Below are positions 11,922 to 24,681 of a DNA stretch of 64,000 nucleotides, one piece after another. Below the pieces are notes generated by a model. That model searched no databases. It was not told where the DNA came from and saw only the letters and a program-made list of their open reading frames with translations. The translations under genes were made by a program, and so were the position numbers. Every line of letters begins with the position of its first letter. Positions within the stretch are counted from its first letter, which is position 1. This stretch comes from Scenedesmus sp. PABB004 (lineage: Eukaryota): the NCBI GenBank assembly GCA_014905635.1, contig JABVCE010000009.1, positions 1,054,001 through 1,118,000 of the forward strand. Reading direction: 5' to 3'.

Positions 11922-14900
11922 GGTGGCGCCAGTGGCGTCGCGGTGCAGGCGCAGGCGCATCAGCAGCTGCAGCAGCAGTTGCGGCAGGAGCAGCAGGAGC
12001 AGCAGGAGCACCGGCAGCCCGCGCCCGCCGTCGCGCCGGCGGCGGAGCACCAGCCGGCCGCGGCGGCGGCGGCCGCAGCGTCGCTGTTCCACCACCTGGA
12101 CCTCGACGGCGACGGCCTGCTGAGCCTTTACGAGCTCACCGAGCTGCTCGGCGAGCTCGGCGAGCTCGCGCCGCCGCCGCCGCCGCCGGCCGGCGCGGGG
12201 CCCGCGTCCGCGAGCGCGGCGGCGCTCGCGCTCGGCGCCGGGCGCGGCGGCGCCGCCGCGGGCGCGGGGCGTGGCGCGCACGCGCAGCAGCTGCTGGAGG
12301 CGCTGGACACGGACGGCGACGGCCTGGTGAGCATGGCGGAGTTTCTCGCCTTCTACATGTCGCACACGGGCGGCGAGGGCGGGAGCGGGAGCGAGGCGAG
12401 CAGCGAGACGGGCGACGCCGGCGTCGGCGGCGCGCTGGGCAGCCGCGACAGCGTGGGCAGCAGCACGTCGCTGGACCAGGCGTCGGCCGCCGGCAGCGGC
12501 GGCGCCGCGCCCCGCGCGGGGCAAGTGTGCCGCGTGTCCATGCACGCGCCGCCGGGCGCCGGCGGCGGCCGCGCCGGCCCCGTGCGGCAGCGCCCGCCGG
12601 GCGTGCCCACGGCCGGCCCCGCGGGCGGCGCGCGCGCGGCGCGGGGTAGCTCCTGCAGGTGCAGGGCGAGCCACGCGCAGGCGTCCGCGAGCGCCGCCGG
12701 CAGCACCGTCATCGCTGCGTCCGGCCCGGCGCCTGCCGGCAGTGATGCCGCGGCGCAGGCGGAGCAGCTCGGCGGCAGCAGCAGCGGCAGCAGCAGCGGC
12801 AGCAGCGAGGCGCAGCCCGGCCGCTGGCGGCGGCAGCAGCAGCCGGTGCCGCTGCTGCGGCCCGCGCAGCAGCGCACGGGGGCCGAGCAGCCCGACGGCG
12901 CCGGCAGCGACGCGGCGGCGCCGTCGCCGGCGCCGTCGCCGCCGCCGTCGCTGGCCGGCAGCCCCGGCGGCACGCTCGGCGACGAGGGCGAGCCCTCGCC
13001 GGGCAGCTACTACCAGCAGCAGCAGCAGCAGCTCGAGCTCGAGCTGAGCTTTGAGGAGGAGGACATGCAGCACCAGCGCTGGCTGCGCGCGCAGCAGCGC
13101 CAGCTGCCCAGCCTGCTGCAGGACGCCGCGGCGGGGCGGTCGCCCTGCTACGTGCTCGTCCCGCTGCCGGCGCGGCCCGACGGCGGGCGCGGCCCGCCGC
13201 CGGGCATGTCGGACCGGCTCGGGCAGCCGCTGCCGGCGCTGGAGGTGCCGGTGCTGGGGCCGCTGCTGCTGACCAACGCACCCCAGGTCTTCCGCTCCGC
13301 CGACGTCGTGCTCGACGCGCCGGGGCACGACCGGCTCGCGGTCACGCTGGAGCTGGTCAAGCCGACCGGCGCGGACGAGGCGGTGCTGACGGCGCGCAAC
13401 CTCAGCCGCGTCGCGCGCGGGCGCTTTGCGGCGGCGTGCGTCGGCCTCAACGGCGCGCCCGGCGCGCTCGAGCCGCACCGCGCCGCGGTGCCGCTCGCGC
13501 ACGGCGATGTGCTGCAGCTCGGCGAGAGCGGGCTCGCGCTCGAGGTGCGCCGCCTGGCGCGCCCCGCGACGGCGCCGGGCGCGGTCGCGCTGTCGCGCTA
13601 CTGCGGCGCCTACGCGAGCAGCGCGCTCGGGCTGGACCTGCCCGTCGGCGGCGCGCTCGCGGAGCTGCAGGCGGCCGAGGCGGGCGGCGCGCCGTGGAAC
13701 GCGGCGGCCGCGGACGCGGTCGAGGCGGAGCTGCGCGAGGTGTCGCGCCTCGTGCGCAGCAACGCGCGCGGCGCCGAGGTGCAGCTCGCCGCGCTCGCGG
13801 CGGCGCACCCGGGCGCGCCGGGGCCCTGGTTCGTGTGGGCGCAGCTCGCGGCCAGCAGTCGGCGGCACTGGATGGCGCGCGAGCTCTTCCGCGCCGCCGC
13901 GGTGTGCCAGCAGCGCCAGCTCGAGGCCGCCGCGCGCGCCGAGGCCGACGGCGCCGGCCCCGGCACCGCCGCCGCGCTGCTCGAGGTCGCCGCGCCGGAC
14001 GACGCGGGCGAGGCGGCGGCGGCGGCGGCGGCGCTGGCGCCGCCGCCGCAGCCCGAGCAGCAGCCCGCGGCCGCGGCCGCCGCGCTCGGCGCGCCGGCGG
14101 GCTGGGGCGCGCCGCCTGGCAGCGGCGGCGGCGCGCGCGCCGGCGCGCGGCGCCGCGGCGCGGAGCCGTCGCGCCCGCGCAGCGCCGCGTTCCGCCTGAG
14201 CAGCCGCCTGGTGCAGGTGCTGCGCGTGTGGGGGCGGTCTGACTGGGACCAGTCGCTGTTCGGCCCCGCGCGCCGGCTGTGGCGGCTCGCCGCGAACGAG
14301 GCGTTCCGGTGGCCCTACGACCTCGCGGCCGAGGGCGGCGGCGCGGTGCTGCACGCGTGGGCGACGGCCGAGTTTGAGCGCGACAACGTGCTCAACGCGC
14401 GCGTCGTCGTCGGCGAGGCGCTGCGCAAGTGCCCCAACGACGCAGCGGTGCGGCGGCGGCCCAGGGGGAAAAGCTGTTGCACGCAGCGGGGCGTCGCGCC
14501 GCGTCGCGCCGCGTCGCGCGCGTCGCGCGCCGCCCCGCATCACGCCCCGCCGCCGCCGCCACCGCGCGCCGCCGCGCCGCGCCGCAGGTCGCGGTGCTCG
14601 CGGGCAGCATCGAGGCGTCGGCGGGCGAGACGGGCGCGGCGCGCGCGCTCTTTGTGCGCGCGTACGGCCTGAACAAGGCCGACAAGCGCCTCTATATGTA
14701 CTGGCCGCGCCTCGAGGCGGAGGCGGGGCAGGGCGAGCGCGCGCGGCTGCTCTTCCAGGCGGGCCTGTCGCTGCACCCGAGCAACACCAAGATCCTCAAC
14801 CTCTACGCCTGCTTCGAGGAGCGCGCGGGCAACCTGGAGCGCGCGCGCGAGCTCCACGCGCGCGCGCTCGGCATCGACGCGGCCAGCGCGACGTCGATGC

Positions 14901-15701
14901 ACAACCGCGTGTCGTGGGCCGACCTCGAGGCGCGCGCCGGCGACGCCGACGCGGCGCGCGCGCTGCTGGCCGAGGGGCTCGACGCGCACCCGGACTTCCC
15001 CGCCGCGCTGCTGCTGCTCGCGCGCCTCGAGCGCCAGGCGGGGCGGCTCGACCTCGCCGAGGCGCTCGCGCGCCGCGTGCAAAAGGTGCGCCCGCACCCT
15101 GCGCCGCGCCGTGCGCCGCGCCGTGCGCTGAGCCGCGCGCGCGGCCGCCGGCCGCCCCGCGCGCGCGCGCGCCGTCCTTGACCCCCGCCCCGCCGCGCCG
15201 CGCCGCGGTCCGCGCCAGACGAGCCACGCCTTTTCGACCGCGGCGATGAAGGAGCTCGCGGCGGTCTACGCGGCGCGCGGCGACGCGGCGCTGGCGGCCA
15301 ACCTCGGGCGCCACGTCGCGGCGGCGGAGCGCGTGTCGGCGCTCAAGCAGGCCGGCAAGCTGCACGGCAACGAGGCGTGGGCGCAGTTCTTCCGCGGCGC
15401 CGCGGCGCCGGAGGCGCGAGAGCTCATCGGCGCGGCGCACCGCCGCAAGGCCGCGCTCGGCCTGCTGCGGCCGCCGCGCGGCGGCGGCGGCGGCGGCGCG
15501 AGCGGCGGCGGCGACGCGCCGCCGCCGCCGGGCGGCGCGCAGCAGCGTATGCGGCGGCGGGCGCAGCAGCCGCAGCCGCCCGGCGGCGTGCCGGCGGGCG
15601 CGCCGCTGGACCTGAGCGCCCTGGTGGAGGAGTTTGACTTCCCCGCTGCTGCGGCCGCGGCCGTGGGCGGCGGCGGCGGCGCCGACGACGCGGCGCCATG
15701 A
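9533..15701 (+). CDS. RSH: RelA/SpoT homolog ((p)ppGpp synthase) with degenerate HD domain, 2 EF-hands, FHA-like domain and HAT/TPR repeats
   Basis: Synthase motifs RTKSLYSIMRK, FDLLGMR, KDYIASPKPNGYQSLH, ELQVRTAAMH..AAHAGYK; EF loops DLDGDGLLSLYE and DTDGDGLVSMAE; LAHGDVLQLG; repeats such as WAQLAASSRRHWMARELF and WPRLEAEAGQGERARLLF; start codon uncertain. Confidence 0.85.
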
Positions 15702-16046
15702 GCGCGCGCGGGGGCAGGGGTGCATCGGTCAGGCAGGCAGCTGCAGGAGGGCGAGAGCAGCGGGCGAGCGCGGGCGGGCGAGCGAGCGCGCGGCGGCAGA
15801 AGACGCAGGGTAATCACCGCCTGCGCGCGCGGCTGCCAGTTTCAACCGACACAGTCCAAAAGGTTCAGTAGGTTCGATATGCCGGCGCAGCAGATCATGT
15901 GAGCCCCCGCTGAGATGACGAGTGTCGCTCAACCGGCCGCCGCGGCGGAACGAACAGTTCAGGTGCCGCCCCGCCCATGAAGGGAGCCTCATCAGCCAAT
16001 GTCAGCCAGACATTGGCGTCAATACAACTTGATCACAGAGGCGCGT

Positions 16047-19000
16047 CTAAAACTGCGTGCCGCCGCCTGCGGCCGCGTCCCGGGCCTCGTCGCCGCCGGC
16101 CGGCGGCGCCGCCCCGTGGCTCTCGGCCGCCACAGCCTGCTGCTCCTCCCAGGCGCGCCGCTGCTGGGCCATGAGCAGCGCCAGGTCCGGCAGCTGCGCC
16201 GTCGCGCAGCCCACGAGCCCCGACGCTGGCGCCACGCACTGCGACTTGGCGCCCTGCGCGCAGCGCGTCGTCGGCGGCGGCCGCGCGTGTGCGGCCGGGG
16301 GCGCTGCGCGGCGCGGCGACGCGGCTGCCGCGAGCAGGCCCGCGCCGCGTGCCCCCCCCCCCCCCGGGCACGCACCCGCGCGGCAGGCGGCGCCGCCGGC
16401 GTGTGGTCGAGGCGGGCCGCCCAGGCGGCCGGCAGGACCGAGACCACCTCCACGTTGGCGTCGACGCCTTTGAGACGGAAGCTCCCCACCCGGTGCACCG
16501 CCACCGCGACCGCCACGCGGCCGAGCTGCCCGCCCGCGGCGAGGCCCGCGCTCGCCACGCTCGCGCCGCCCGCGCTGGACGCGGGCCCGCTGCCGCCCGC
16601 GGTGGCCGCCGCCGCGGCTGCGGCAAGGCGCGGCCCCAGCGGCACGGCCTCGTCGAGCGCCGCCGCCTGCTGCGCGGCCTGCGCGGCGCGCGGCGCGGCG
16701 GGCGGCGCTCGGCCGGGGCGGCGCGCGCTGCGGCCGCGGCCGCCAGGGCACCCGCGGCCGCCTGGGGCATGTGCGGCGCGGCGCACCTGCTGGCGCACCG
16801 CCCTGTACTTGATGAGTGTCACGCTGGCGGCCTGCTGGCCCTTGCCGCCGTCGGCGCCGCCGCAGCCGCCGGGCGCCGCGCCCACTGGGGCGATGCGGAA
16901 GCACTCGGCCATCACGCCCGGCGGCGCTGGGCCAGCCGCGGGCTCGCTCGCGGGGGATCCCGCATGCTGTAGCTGCGGCGCGGCGAGGCGGGCGGCGGAC
17001 GGCGCGCCAGAGAGGCTGCCGCGCAGGCTGGAGGTGAACGCGTCCCACGCGCCGCCGTCGGCGGGCCTGGTCGCCGAGGCCGGGCCGGCCGGCGGCCGCG
17101 CGCGCTCGGCGCCGCTGTGGCTGCCGGCGCCAAAGTGCTGCGGCCAGGCGGCGCCGCCGCCGCCGCCGCCGCCGCTGCCGCTCAGGCTGGCGTCGCCGCG
17201 GCGCGACTGCCGGCTCGCCCTGACGCGCGCCAGCGACTCCAGCGTGGCCTGGCCGCCGGCGAGGCTGACGCCCTCCGTCGTCCCGCCGCCGCCGCTGCGC
17301 GAGGCACCGAGCCGCAGCGCCGCCGCGTGAGGCGCCCAGCCGCGGCGCCCCGGGCGCTCGTGCGCTGGCTCGTCCACAATAACGCTCAGCGCCGGCCGCA
17401 GTCGCAGCCGCGACGGCCCCGCCGCCAGCGCTGCGCCCCGGGGGCCGGGCGCACCAGGCTGCGCGGCCGCCGGCGGCGGCTCGCCGCTGCTCGCGCCCGG
17501 CGCTGGCAGCGGCGCGGGGCTGGCAGCGTCGGCGCCGGCGGACGCCCTGGCAGCCAGCGCTTCAGCGAGCGTCAGGTCGCCTGAAAGGCCGGCTGACAGC
17601 AGGAAGGGGCACCCTGCCGCGTCTGACGACGGCGCCGGGCAGCAAGGCAGCTGGGAGGCGGGGCTCTCTGCGCCACCAGAGCTGTGCGCAAGCGGCGGCA
17701 GCACAGCCGCCGTCGCCGCCTGCAGCGCAAAGGCAGGGCGCGGCAGCAGGTGCGCGAGGTGCGCGCCGGCGCCGCCGCTGTCGCTGGCAGCGCCAGGCCA
17801 GGCCACCGGCGTGATCACAACCTGCAGCGCCGCCTCGAGCTCGCTGCCAGCTGCCGCCGCGTGGGCCCCGCACGGCTGGCCCGCACGGCGGCCGGGCGAG
17901 GGCGGCGCCAGCTCCTCCCAGGGATGAGCCGCGCGGTCGCGCGGCCGCGCCGAGGCCAGGCCCCACCGCGGCGTCGCCAGCAGGGAGCCCGGGCCGGCGC
18001 AGCCGTCAGCCAGCTCCGCCGTGCCGCGCCGGGTCGACCGCCCCCCGCCACGCGGCAGGCTGGCCAGCAGGCCGTCGCGGGCCCCGGGGCGAGGCGACGC
18101 CAGCGCCGCGCCGCCGCTCGCCGCCGGCGGTGGCGGCGCCTTGCCACCCGCGCCACCCGTCGCCGCCGCAGCCGCCACCGTCGCTGCTTTGGCGGCCTCC
18201 AGCTCGCGCCACTCTGCCAGCACCGACTGCATGATGCCGTGCTCAACCAGCACCTGCGCCGTGGGCGGGGCGTGCGCGCTCGCGGCGGCCGAGGCTCCCC
18301 GCGCCCACGCCACACGGTCTCGCGGCCGCCGCGCACCTGGCCGCCCTGCGCCGCGCCCATGAGGCGCGCGGCGCGGTTGGCGGGCGGGCCGAGGAAGTCG
18401 GCGCGGCCGCTCGTGCCGTGCGGCAGCACGCGGTCCATGGGCCCGTCCCAGATGCCCACGCGCGCCCGCAGGCCGCGGAAGACGTGGCCAGGCGCGTAGA
18501 AGACACCAGACGTGCCCGCGGCCCCAGGCGCGGCGGGCGGCGCGGGGACGGCGGCCGTGGCCGGCAGCGCGTCCAGCTCCGCCGGCCACGGCGCGTGCAG
18601 CAGCGCGGCCTGCAGGGCGAGCGCCCACTCGACGGCCGCGCGGGGGGTGTGAAACGCAGCCATGACCTGGCCATCCACCTCCTTGCTCTCGTACCCGTCC
18701 GCAGCGAGCAGGCACTCGCGCACGACGCCCGTGAACAGCGCCCGGCAGGCGCGGGCCGCCTGCGCCGCGACGCGCGGCGGCGGGGCGCTCGCCCGCAGCA
18801 AGCGCGGGGCGTGCGGGGCGCGGCGCGCGCGTGCGGCGCACCTCGGGCCCCAGCGCCTCAGCAACCTGCTTGAGCCCCGCGGGCGCGACAAACGCGAGCG
18901 CCACGGACGGCCTCGGCGGCGGCGGCAGCCCCGCGGCGCCGAGCAGGCTCCGCATCGCCGGGAAGAGCAGCGACGCAGCGCCTGGCGGCGGCGTCGCGGC

Positions 19001-20108
19001 GGCGCCGGCGGCGGCAGCAACGGGCGCTCAGCGGTGGGCGCGGCGCCGCCGGCTCTGGCCCCGGCAGCTGGGCCAGCCGCGGTCGCCACCCACCCGGCGC
19101 GTCCAGGAAGCCGGGGAGCAGCTGCTGCAGCAGCGCGTCCTCCCCTGTGCACGCGGCCAGCGGCCAGTCAAACAGCAGCATGCGCGGCGCGAGGCGCTCC
19201 GACTGAACCTGCACCAGGTGCAGCAGGCCGCCGCCCGCGGCCGCCGCCGCCGCCGCTGCGACTGCCGCCGCGTCCCCGGCACCCGTGGCGGCGTGCTCCG
19301 GCGCGGCGTCCGGCCGCCACTGATAAAACCCGAGGTCCAGCAGCACGGCGGACCGCCCACCGCCGTCGCCGCCATCGCCACTGCCCGCATCGTCGCCCCA
19401 GACGGCGCTGCTGTGCCGCCGCGTGCCCCAGGCGCTGCTGGGGCGGCCGCCGTCGTCCCACGCGCGGCTGGCGCCGCTGGCTTGCACTTGGTCGCCACCG
19501 CGCTGCATGACCCGACCGCCGCTCGACGCAAGGCGCCCGATGTCTGCGGCGCGTGCGGCACCGGCGGCGCGTGAGCTAGGGCGCAGCGCGCAACTGGCGC
19601 GCAGTCAGCTCAGCGCCTGGCCGCCCGCGCACAGCCAGCTCGCGCACAGTTGAGCATCCGCGACACGCTGCGCCGGCGACCAGCGGGCGCGCCGCGCGCA
19701 CTGGCGCTGGACCAGGCGCTGCTGCCCTGGCGGCCGAGGCTGGTAGCGCTGTGGGCCGAGAGGCTGCGCTCTGCAGCCTCGCTCAGCGGCCCGCCGCGCG
19801 CAGGCTGGGGCTGCTGAACGCACGTCGGCGAGCCGCCGCCGCTGCCGCCGCCGCCACTGACCGGCGACCCCAGCGCCCCCGGCCACCCGCGGTCGCTGCC
19901 GGGGCTGCCAGCCCCCTCCGCCTCCGACGCGCCGCGGCGCCCGGCGGCGCCGGCCTGCGCGGCCGCGTGCTGGCGCGTGAGCGACGCGCGCTGCGCCGCC
20001 AGTGCAGCCAGGCTGGCCGGGTGCGCCGCGCCGCCGGTGCCGATGGCGAACGAGATGCCGCCCACGCCGGTGGAGCGCGGCAGCAGGTGGGAGACGATGG
20101 CGCTGCCA

Positions 20109-20139
<31 letters not shown>

Positions 20140-22087
20140 GCCGCGGCGGCGCGCCCCGGCTGTCGCTGCGGAGCTGCAGGGGTGCCAGCTGCTGCTCGTG
20201 GTGCCAGAGGCCGCCCAGCATGCCTGCAACGGCCTCGACACTGCGCCGCGCGAAGCTGCCGCCGACGTTGGCCGCCAGCGGCGACCAGGGGGCCTCGCCC
20301 GGCCCGCCGCCGGACGCGGTCAGGTCGGCCGCCAAGCCCTCGCTGCGCTGCGCGCCCCCGGCGCCGCCGGCGGGCATCGGCCCCTGGCTGCAGAAGACAC
20401 GGTTCCACCGCTGGAAGGTCTTGGGCCCCAGCAGGATCTGGCCGCCCGCGGCGATGCCGGCAAGATCGTCAGCCAGCGCGTACTCCTGTGGCCGGCGGCC
20501 GCGGCGGCCGGGGCGGCAGGCAGAGGTCCGCGGCGGCCCGCTTGGCTTCGCGGACCGCACCGCGCCCTGGGCTGCAGGCGCGCGCTGCGCGGCCGGGCGC
20601 CTGGCCGGCCGGGCGGGCGCCCAGCACGGGCCGCGCCGCGCCCGGCTGGGGCCGCCGCGGCACACATAGGCGCGTGTACACGCGCCTCGCCGCGATACTC
20701 CACCAGGTCGTGCAGGTCGTGGACAAAGACGTCGTCGGGCACGCCTGCGCGCGCACGCACGCGCACGCACACACCGGCGGCGGCGCGGCGCGCGCTCGCG
20801 GCGGTGCCACGGCCCCAGGGGCGCGGGGGGTGTGGGGGCCGGGTCCCGCTGCCGCCGCCCCACCGGTGTTGATGCCCATGCGCACGCGCAGGCCGGCCAT
20901 GACCAGCGGGCCCTGCTCGCGTAGGCCGGCGCCGGCGCCGCCGCCGGCGATCGACGCCGCGCACGCCGCGCCGAGCCGCGCCGGCGCCGCGAGCGGGTGC
21001 TCCAGCAGCCGAGGCGGCCAGGGCACCTCCAGCAGCTGCTCCTGCGCCTGCGCCGCGCCGCGGGCGGGTGGCGCCGGCGCGCGCCGGGCCGCCGGCGGTC
21101 GGCGCGCGCCGACCGCCGCGCGCGCGCGCGCGCGGGGCCGGCGATCGAGCCGCTGCCGGCCATGCAGCTGTATGGCCGGCTGCCGCGGGCGGGCGGCGCA
21201 CCTGGATGCAGTATGCGACCGCGTCGAGCGCGTCGTGGAAGGCCAGCGTGAACGAGTCGCCGTCGGTGCGGACCTCGTGCCCGCCGTGCGCGCCGAGCAG
21301 CCCGCGCAGCACCGCGTTGTGCGCCTCCACCGCCGCGCCCATCACGCCCGCGTCCCACTCCCACAGCAGCTGCGCGCGCGCGCGCAAAGAAACAAACGGC
21401 GCGGCGCGGCGGCGGCTCGTGCGCAGCGGCTCGGCGGCAGCCTGGGTGCGGCGGCAGCCCCCAGCCCTGAGCGCCGCACCCACCGTGCTGCCCTCGACGT
21501 CGGTGACCACCTGCGCCAGCGTGCGCGCGTGGGCGATGGGCGGGCGCGCCACGGCGTGCTGCGCCCAGGCCTGCGGCGTCGCGCGCGCGCGCCCGCACGC
21601 GCACCCACGTGACCATGGCGTCCGAGGCCGTGACCACGCTGCGGCCCCGCGCCAGGGCGATGGACGGCGTGCCGGGGAAGCGGCTGCGCTTGGCCGCCAG
21701 GCTCAGCTCGCCGGCGGCCGCGCCGGCGGCGCCGGCGTCCCGGGCCGTGCGACGCCGGCCGCGCGCGCGCCCGAGCAGGCGGCGCCAGGCACCGCTGCGC
21801 CGCACGCAGAGCGCCAGGCCGACCAGTGCCCACGGCGCCACGCCGGGGATCACCGCCGCCAGCACGAGCTCGCGCCGCCGCGCGGCCGCGGGCCAGGGGC
21901 TGAGCAGCGCGGCGCGCGCGTCAGCGGTCAAAGCGGGGGCGCCGTCTGCGCCCAACGCGCCGCTGCCGCCGCCGCGCTGCCCCTGCGCTCCGGCCCGCGC
22001 CGCTCCGCAGGCCAGCATCCAGCCCAGCACCAGCAGGCAGGCGCGCGCCGGCGAGCGCGGGCCGCGCCGCCGGCCCGCCGCAGCCAT
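16047..22087 (-). CDS. Class III nucleotidyl (probably adenylyl) cyclase with two cyclase domains and an N-terminal TM segment
   Basis: Domain 1 VVTDVEGST..EVRTDGDSFTLAF..LRVRMGINTG; domain 2 GYESKEVDG..LRARVGIWDG..RADFLGPPANRAARL..GGQV. Confidence 0.88.
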
Positions 22088-22333
22088 GCCGCTGATGATG
22101 CCTGGCGCGGCTCACGGCCACTGGCCGGGGCGATGCCGATCAGCACGCTGCCGGGGAGGGCTCATCAGGCAGCGGCGGCAAGCGCGGTGAGCCCTTGCGC
22201 CGCCGCTCGCGGCGCCGCTCAGGCCTGCGGCGTGCAGCGGCGTCTCGGTCGCACACGCACCATTTCCTGCATGCTGCATCGCCCGAGCGCGCCGGAGCGC
22301 CACCACGCCGCACGCAGCGACCGCAGCGGCACG

Positions 22334-24382
22334 ATGCTGCTGCAGGACTTCGCCGCCGCCCGCACGCAGCTTGGCGCGCAGCGCCTGCAGCGCCGGCGCT
22401 CCACCGCCGTCCGGGCAAGCAGCAGCAGCAGCAGCGCGCACAGGTTCGGGCGCGCAGCGTGCCGGCTGGCCGCGGCGGCGGCGCCGAGAGCAGCAGTGCC
22501 TCACATTGCCTGCGCCTGCCAGTGCTCATGCCTGCCGCCGCTGGCTGCCGCCACGCAGCCCGCAGGAGCGGCCGGCCGTCGCGGTGGCGGACGGGCGGCT
22601 TCCCCTGCCGGCGCAGCTGGAGCAGTTTGCCAACCCGGGCAAGTACGCGGCGCGCGTGCTGCGCGGCGGAGAGGCCGACCCCGCCGCCGCCGCCGCCACG
22701 TACGCGTGGGGGCGCATGGGCCTGCCGCCCGCGGACGCGTTGTTTGTCGCCGATCCGGAGGCGGCGCGGGCGTGGACGAAGCATGAGTGGGCGGCTGGAG
22801 TGCGGACGCAGTGGCCGCCCACCTTCCAGGCGCTGCTGGGGGAAACGAGCGTCAGCATGCTGCAGCCCGCCGACGCCGAGCTCCACGCCCGGCTGCGCCA
22901 GGTCATGGCTCCGTTCTTCACGGCTGAGGCGGTGGCGCGCGCGATGCCAGCGATCCAGGCGACCACGGAGGCCCACCTCGCGCGCTGGGCGCAGGGCGGC
23001 GCGGCGGCGGGCAGCGCGGCGCACGCCGGCGGCGGCGTGACTGCATACGCGGCGGCGCGCCTGCTCACGTTCGACATCTTGGCCAACGCGGCGCTGCGGC
23101 TCGGCATGGACGGCGAGGAGGTTGAGAAGTTCAGCGCGGTGCGCCTGCCACCGGGGGCGCGCGGATCGGCGGGCGCTCCGGCGCGGCAGCGGCGGTGCTC
23201 AGCGGCGGCGCCCGCGCGCTGCGCAGGTGTTTCGCACCTGGGTTGACGGCTTCATGCCGCCGGCCATCGACCTGCCCATCTTTCCCTTTGGCCGCGGCAT
23301 GGCGGCGCGGTGCGGCGCGCGCCTGCACAGCGCGCGGCCCGCGCGGCCCGTCGCAGCGGCAGCCGCGCGCGCTCACGCCGCCCCGCCCGCGCCCGCGCCC
23401 GCGCTGCCGCAGCAAGCAGCTGGAGGCGCGCGTGCGCCAGGCGCTGGGCAGCGCCGTGCTGCCGCGCGACTGCCTGCTCGCGCGGCTGGCGGCCGAGTTT
23501 GGCGCGGACAGCAACGTCGCGGTGGACAACACCATCAACCTGCTCTTTGCCGGGTGAGGGCGGCCTGCAGGCGGCGCGGGGCGCCTGCCGCTGGCTGGCG
23601 CGCGGGGCAGGCGCGGCGTGCGGTGGGCCGCCGCCGTCCCCGGCGCGGCGCGCAGGCCGCGGCCGCTCCGGTCACCGGGGCTGCTGAGCGCCGCGCGGCC
23701 GCGCCCGCCGCCGTGCTCCGCCCCTAGGCACGACACCACGAGCAGCGCCATCACTCACCTCATCTGGCAGCTCGAGCGCCACCCACACGTCGTCGACAGG
23801 GTGCGCCGCCCGCGCGCGCCGTCTCGCGCCCGCGACCTCGCGCCGACCCCCGCATCGTCGCCGCCCCCGCCCGCGCCGCCGCAGCTGCGCGCCGAGCACG
23901 CCGCCGCGGTCGCGGCGCACGGCGAGGCGCTCACGCCCGAGGCGCTCGCCGCGCTGCCCTACTCCGCCGCGGTCGCGCGCGAGACGCTGCGCACCGCGCA
24001 GGTCGTCTCGCTCGTCCCCCGCACCGCGACGCGGGAGCTGCCCGCGCACGGCGGCGGCCCGGCCGTGCCGGCGGGCTGCCCCTTTATCGTTGCGCTGGCC
24101 GCGATGAGCGCCGCCGACCCCGCGCTCCGCGGCGACCCCGGCGCGTTCGAGCCGGAGCGCTGGCTCGACGCCGAGCTCGCCCGCAGCGCCGCGCAGATGC
24201 CTTTCGGTCACGGGACGCACTACTGCGTCGGCAGCCAGCTCGCGCTGGCGGAGCTCGCCGCCGTGATTGCGAGCCTGGCCCGGCGGTGGCGCGTCGACGC
24301 CGACGTCGAGGGCCTCACCTGGTCGGCCTTCCCCATCCTGCGGCCCAGCAACGGCCTGCCGCTGCGGCTCACGCCACTGTGA
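22334..24382 (+). CDS. Cytochrome P450
   Basis: I-helix LLFAG|HDTT, K-helix ETLR, FEPERW, heme motif PFGHGTHYCVG. Confidence 0.93.
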
Positions 24383-24681
24383 GTGACGGCTGTGAGTGAC
24401 GCGAGCGGCGTCTGCGGCGGCGAGCGCGGCCGAGGGAGCGGGCGGCGACTGAGCGGGCGGCGCGACGCGCGGCGTGGCGCGAAGGCGGTGGTGAGCCGTG
24501 GTTTGCCGCGCGCGCGCCGTGCAGAGTTGCGAGCCGCAGCTTGCTGCGTTGGCGAGGCAACCGTTGAGGAGGCAACTGAGCGCGCCGCCAGCGAGAGCGG
24601 CAGCAGCGCCGGCGCTCGCGGCGGCGGCCGGCGCGGCGGCAGGCGGCCAGTACGCCTGTCGAGTGCAGCGGAGCGCCCAGC

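Noticed and set aside
11082..14543. 1153-aa minus-strand ORF and many other long Arg/Ala/Pro-rich ORFs
   Set aside because: Shadow ORFs caused by extreme GC content, lying antisense or out of frame to real genes, with no motifs
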